Of a DNA stretch of 32,000 bases, positions 28,447 to 32,000 are shown in pieces (positions within the stretch are counted from its first letter, which is position 1; each line of letters begins with the position of its first letter). A program made the translations under genes and the position numbers. The stretch is from positions 550,325 to 582,324 of the forward strand of contig NC_003902.1 in NCBI RefSeq assembly GCF_000007145.1, written 5' to 3'. The notes under the pieces were generated by a model, which had not been told where the DNA came from, did no database searches, and saw nothing but the letters and a program-made list of their open reading frames with translations. Source of the stretch: Xanthomonas campestris pv. campestris str. ATCC 33913 (GTDB lineage Bacteria > Pseudomonadota > Gammaproteobacteria > Xanthomonadales > Xanthomonadaceae).

Positions 28447-28522
28447 GCATTTCGTTTTCAGCTTGTGAGCCGGGCGTCGCCGTGGCAGAGTCGGTGACAG
28501 TAGATTTTCAGGAGTCCGCATC

Positions 28523-29140
28523 GTGATCGATCCGGACGGTTTCCGGCCAAACGTCGGCATTGTGCTGATGCGTGAGGATGGTCAGGTGTTCTGGGCACGA
28601 CGTGTGCGCAGGGATGGCTGGCAGTTCCCGCAAGGCGGCATGAATACCGATGAGACTCCGGTGGAAGCCATGTACCGCGAGTTGCGCGAAGAAACCGGGT
28701 TGTTGCCCGAGCATGTGGAATTGCTCGGCGCCACCCCTGGTTGGCTACGCTATCGCCTACCCAGCCGGGCGGTGCGTCGCAACGAACGCCAGGTGTGCAT
28801 CGGCCAGAAGCAGGTCTGGTTCCTGCTGCAGTTCACCGGGCAGGAATCGCACCTCAAGCTCGACCATACCGACAGCCCGGAGTTCGATCACTGGCGCTGG
28901 GTGGATTTCTGGTATCCGGTGGAGCATGTGGTGATGTTCAAGCGCGGCGTGTATGCACGCGCATTGCGTCATCTCGCGCCGCTCGCCCAGACCGTGGCCG
29001 GGCCAGCAGCGGTGGGCGTGATGCCGCAGCGTGCGCTGGAAGCCTGGTTGCCGGGCAGCAGCGCAGCCGGCCACGACCGGCCGCGTAAGCGCCCACGTAA
29101 GCGCGGCGGGGTTTTGCCCGTGCGGATTAATAATGATTAA
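28523..29140 (+). CDS. rppH: RNA pyrophosphohydrolase (Nudix)
   Basis: [15 protein letters not shown] ... [28 protein letters not shown] carries the Nudix box and parallels E. coli RppH/NudH, with a basic C-terminal tail. GTG start. Confidence 0.9.
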   Translation: MIDPDGFRPNVGIVLMREDGQVFWARRVRRDGWQFPQGGMNTDETPVEAMYRELREETGLLPEHVELLGATPGWLRYRLPSRAVRRNERQVCIGQKQVWFLLQFTGQESHLKLDHTDSPEFDHWRWVDFWYPVEHVVMFKRGVYARALRHLAPLAQTVAGPAAVGVMPQRALEAWLPGSSAAGHDRPRKRPRKRGGVLPVRINND

Positions 29141-29147
29141 CGTTGGA
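29129..29147. promoter_or_regulatory. Weak candidate Fur box upstream of bfd
   Basis: AATAATGATTAACGTTGGA matches the 19-nt Fur consensus GATAATGATAATCATTATC at 12/19 positions (10 of the first 13). It sits immediately upstream of the candidate -35 and overlaps the rppH stop. Confidence 0.3.
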
Positions 29148-29148
29148 A

Positions 29149-29177
29149 TTGACACCTATTCTCGTTTGCGGTGCAAT
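29149..29177 (+). promoter_or_regulatory. Candidate sigma70 promoter for bfd (TTGACA-N17-TGCAAT)
   Basis: Hexamers read from the sequence, about 45 nt upstream of the bfd GTG start. Confidence 0.45.
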
Positions 29178-29219
29178 CAGTCCCGGTCTCCTCCGGACCG
29201 CCAGCACCTGACCGATACC

Positions 29220-29429
29220 GTGTACGTCTGCATCTGTAATGGGGTCACCGACCACCAGATCCGCGAAGCGGCCGAGAACGGCTGCGCCAGCCTTGCCGAG
29301 CTGACCATGCGCACCGGCTGTGGCTCCAACTGCGGTTCCTGCCTGGAAATGGCGGGCGATTTGCTGAGCCAGGCGCATGCCAGCCGCGCATTGCCCTTGC
29401 CGATGTTGGGATTCGCCAGCGCTGCCTGA
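29220..29429 (+). CDS. bfd: Bacterioferritin-associated ferredoxin ([2Fe-2S] BFD-like)
   Basis: (V->M)YVCICNGVTDHQIREA ... CGSNCGSC carries the four Cys ligands and parallels E. coli Bfd. The GTG start gives 69 aa. The track ORF start at 29031 lies inside rppH. Confidence 0.8.
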   Translation: MYVCICNGVTDHQIREAAENGCASLAELTMRTGCGSNCGSCLEMAGDLLSQAHASRALPLPMLGFASAA

Positions 29430-29652
29430 GTCTGGTTGTTGGCGTAGGTGCTGAGGCGCCACGCTTGGAGGCAAGCAGCGTCTAATCCTCTGCGGCCGTC
29501 GCGCTTGGTAATGCCATTGGTGGCTGCAGCGACAGCAGGCCCAGCGAGTGACGCGCCAGCGGCGCGTTCCGCAACTGATCACGATTCGCGTTCCTTCATG
29601 CGCGGCGGCAACGCGTTAGAGTGCGGCCGGCTCACTGTCTCGGAGACATCGC

Positions 29653-30123
29653 ATGAAGGGCGATACCAAAGTCATCGAGTACCTCAACAAGGTGCTCTAC
29701 AACGAACTCACTGCGATCAACCAGTATTTTCTGCACGCCAAGATGCTGAAGAACTGGGGCCTGAAAGAACTGGCTGAGCATGAGTACAAGGAATCCATCG
29801 ACGAGATGAAGCACGCCGACAAGCTGTCGGACCGCATCTTGTTCCTCGAGGGACTTCCCAATTTCCAGGCGCTGGGCAAGCTGCGCATCGGCGAGAACCC
29901 GACCGAGATGTTCCGCTGCGATCTGGCGCTTGAGCGCGAGGCGGTCGTGGTGCTGCGCGAAGCGGTGGCCTATGCGGAGACCGTCAAGGACTACGTGAGC
30001 CGCCAGCTGTTTGTGGACATCCTGGAGTCCGAAGAAGAGCACATCGATTGGCTGGAGACCCAGCTGGATCTGGTGGCGCGTATCGGCGAACCGAATTATC
30101 TGCTGACCAAGCTGGACGACTAA
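29653..30123 (+). CDS. bfr: Bacterioferritin
   Basis: [37 protein letters not shown] ... [12 protein letters not shown] is a canonical Bfr sequence of 156 aa, with the Met52 heme ligand region (DEMKHAD). Confidence 0.94.
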   Translation: MKGDTKVIEYLNKVLYNELTAINQYFLHAKMLKNWGLKELAEHEYKESIDEMKHADKLSDRILFLEGLPNFQALGKLRIGENPTEMFRCDLALEREAVVVLREAVAYAETVKDYVSRQLFVDILESEEEHIDWLETQLDLVARIGEPNYLLTKLDD

Positions 30124-30432
30124 ACGCGCTGAGGGCGGCCGTAGCTCCTACGGCTGCTGCGGTGAGGCGCTTGTGCGCGCGTGGCGTCTGCCCGCGCCCG
30201 CCCGCTGTTGCGGCTTCTCAACGTCGGCACCGTGGGCGCGATGATGGCCGCTGCACGGGCGCATCGTTATCAACCTGTGGCTGACTTGCGCGTTCGATCG
30301 CGCGTGCCAAGGCCTGGCAAAGGCGAAGACGCGGTTGGCGCTCGTTGAGAACCACGACGCTCGATTGAAGAACGACGACGCTGCGATCTTGCGAGAGAGC
30401 CGCGCCACTCAGCCACACGGCTAACCCGCCAA

Positions 30433-32000
30433 TCAGCCCGCAGCGCGACTGGCGGCTTGCAAACGGGTGACCTGGCCTAGCAGCGCCAGGCGGGCGCGGG
30501 CGTATTCGGCAATGACCAGGGCGACCATGACCGAGGGGCGTTCGATGGTGCCGGTGCGTGCGGCCAATTCGATGCGGCGGGCGGCGTTGGCTAGCGCCTG
30601 GGCGCCGACGTTGGCGCTGGAGGACTTCAGGGTGTGGGCCAGATCGCGCAGATGCATGCTGTCGCGATTGCTGGCGGCCGCTTCCAGCCCTTCGATGATG
30701 CCGGGGGCGTCTTCCAGGAACAGCTGCAGGATGCGGATGGTGTCCGCGCCTGCCACCTCGTACAACTCGTCGATGACGCCGCTCTCCAGGATCGGCAGCG
30801 CGCGCGCCTGTGCGGCGCTGGCAGCGCTCTCGGCATCCGCGCTGGGGGCTCCGGTGCTTGGGCCTGGCAACAGGGCCTGGCGCGGCAGCCAGCGCTGCAG
30901 GCAGGCATTGAGCTGTTCGCGGGCGACCGGCTTGGAGAGATAGTCGTCCATGCCCGCGGCCAGACAGCGTTCGCGGTCGCCGGCCATGGCGTTGGCGGTC
31001 ATCGCCACGATCGGGATCGGGCGGCCACCGCTTTCGGTTTCCATGGCGCGCCAGCGGCGGGTGGCGGCATAGCCATCCAGCACCGGCATCTGACAATCCA
31101 TGAAAACCATGTCGTAGCGGGTGGACTCCATGCTGCTCAGCGCGGCTTCGCCATCGGTGGCGGTGTCGGCCTCGAAGCCGAGCACGCCCAGCAGTTTTTG
31201 CGCGACCAGCAGGTTGACCGGGTTGTCTTCGACCAACAGGATGCGCACGTCGCGCGCATGCGCCACTGGCGGCGGCAGTGGCTCGGGGATCATCGCGGAC
31301 GCCAGCGTGGGCGCCACAGATGGCTTGGGCTCGGGTGGCAGTACCAGCGCGCGCAGGGTTTCGTCCGGGCTCTGGCGCGGGACCAGGGTGGCGTTGGCTT
31401 GCAGTTCGTCGGGTACCGGCTCGTCGCCGTAGAGCCAGATCAGCCGTGAGCCGCTGAGGTCTTCCGGCCGTGCCAGGGCGCGATGCACGGCGCGCGCGCT
31501 GTAGCGCAGCGTCTCGTGGTCGGCGATGACGCAGCGGAAGCCTTCGTCGTCGGTGTGGCGGCGCACGCGCTCCAGCGCTTCCTGGGTGGTTTCCATCAGC
31601 ACGTGCGAGATGCCCCAGCTGTCGAGCAGGCGCTTGAGCCGCTGCGACAGGCGCGCGTCGGAACTGATCACCATCACGCGTGCGGCGTCGGCGCCGGTGG
31701 TCTGTTGCAGGTCGCCGATGACCTTGAGCAGCGGGATTTCGAACCAGAACGTGGCGCCGCGACCGGGCTCCGATTCCACGCCGATGCGGCCGCCCATCAG
31801 GTCGATGATGCGTTTGCAGATGGCCAGGCCCAGCCCGGTGCCGCCATACAGGCGGGTAGTGGAGGCATCGGCCTGGGCGAAGGAGCGGAACAGGCGCGCC
31901 TGCTGGTCCGCTGCGATGCCGATGCCGGTGTCGCGGACCTGGAAGCGCAGCAGGTGCTGGGCGCGGGTTTCGCCCAGGCGCCGCAGCTGGATGTCCACGC
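30433..32000 (-). CDS. Hybrid sensor histidine kinase / response regulator with C-terminal Hpt domain; N-terminus lies beyond the window
   Basis: The HATPase_c end is present (DTGIGI ... GGTGLGLAICKRI ... GRGATFWFEIP). It is followed by a receiver-like region, a canonical REC domain (ILLVEDNPVN ... VFMDCQMPVLDG ... KP), and an Hpt domain (LAHTLKSSSANVGA). The reading frame is still open at position 32000. Confidence 0.85.
   Translation of the reverse strand, partial: VDIQLRRLGETRAQHLLRFQVRDTGIGIAADQQARLFRSFAQADASTTRLYGGTGLGLAICKRIIDLMGGRIGVESEPGRGATFWFEIPLLKVIGDLQQTTGADAARVMVISSDARLSQRLKRLLDSWGISHVLMETTQEALERVRRHTDDEGFRCVIADHETLRYSARAVHRALARPEDLSGSRLIWLYGDEPVPDELQANATLVPRQSPDETLRALVLPPEPKPSVAPTLASAMIPEPLPPPVAHARDVRILLVEDNPVNLLVAQKLLGVLGFEADTATDGEAALSSMESTRYDMVFMDCQMPVLDGYAATRRWRAMETESGGRPIPIVAMTANAMAGDRERCLAAGMDDYLSKPVAREQLNACLQRWLPRQALLPGPSTGAPSADAESAASAAQARALPILESGVIDELYEVAGADTIRILQLFLEDAPGIIEGLEAAASNRDSMHLRDLAHTLKSSSANVGAQALANAARRIELAARTGTIERPSVMVALVIAEYARARLALLGQVTRLQAASRAAG

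Noticed and set aside
30148-30408. 86-aa minus-strand ORF in the bfr / sensor-kinase intergenic region
   Set aside because: It is Arg/Ala-rich low-complexity sequence with no RBS and no recognisable family. It is probably non-coding.

Overview
High-GC gammaproteobacterial chromosome segment, most likely Xanthomonas. That call is an inference from two things: the 230-aa CRP-like regulator at 23299-23991 reads as Xanthomonas Clp from memory, and the gene order fits (purC, rpe, trpE ... trpG-trpD-trpC, clp, speD, sugE, coq7, rplM-rpsI, tRNA-Met/tRNA-Gln, rppH, bfd-bfr, hybrid sensor kinase). Most of the window is core housekeeping. The one clear accessory region is a lower-GC block of about 8.6 kb (10197-18835) between trpE/aldolase and trpG. 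It carries a truncated SIMPL-like gene fragment and a five-gene operon with 4-nt start/stop overlaps at every junction. The operon is a Type I (EcoR124/type IC-like) restriction-modification system in the order hsdR - hsdS - PrrC-like ABC-ATPase (putative anticodon nuclease) - RhuM-family protein - hsdM. The two genes nested between hsdS and hsdM, plus a G8 homopolymer inside the PrrC-like gene, are the best candidate for an unusual or undescribed defence arrangement. Other signals not explained by the ORF track are listed here. (1) A uORF with a WWRWW motif runs into the trpE start. (2) Two ACGG-loop hairpins plus an overlapping terminator upstream of sugE have guanidine-II (mini-ykkC) riboswitch architecture. 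(3) An orphan minus-strand terminator with a second hairpin sits in the GNAT/yegS intergenic region and may mark an sRNA. (4) G-rich heptad microsatellites directly abut two stop codons. (5) REP-like palindromic repeats lie downstream of rpsI. (6) A TTG-start lipoprotein gene at the left edge is absent from the ORF track. Many long ORFs in the track are antisense or out-of-frame high-GC artefacts, and several true genes start well inside the listed ORFs.
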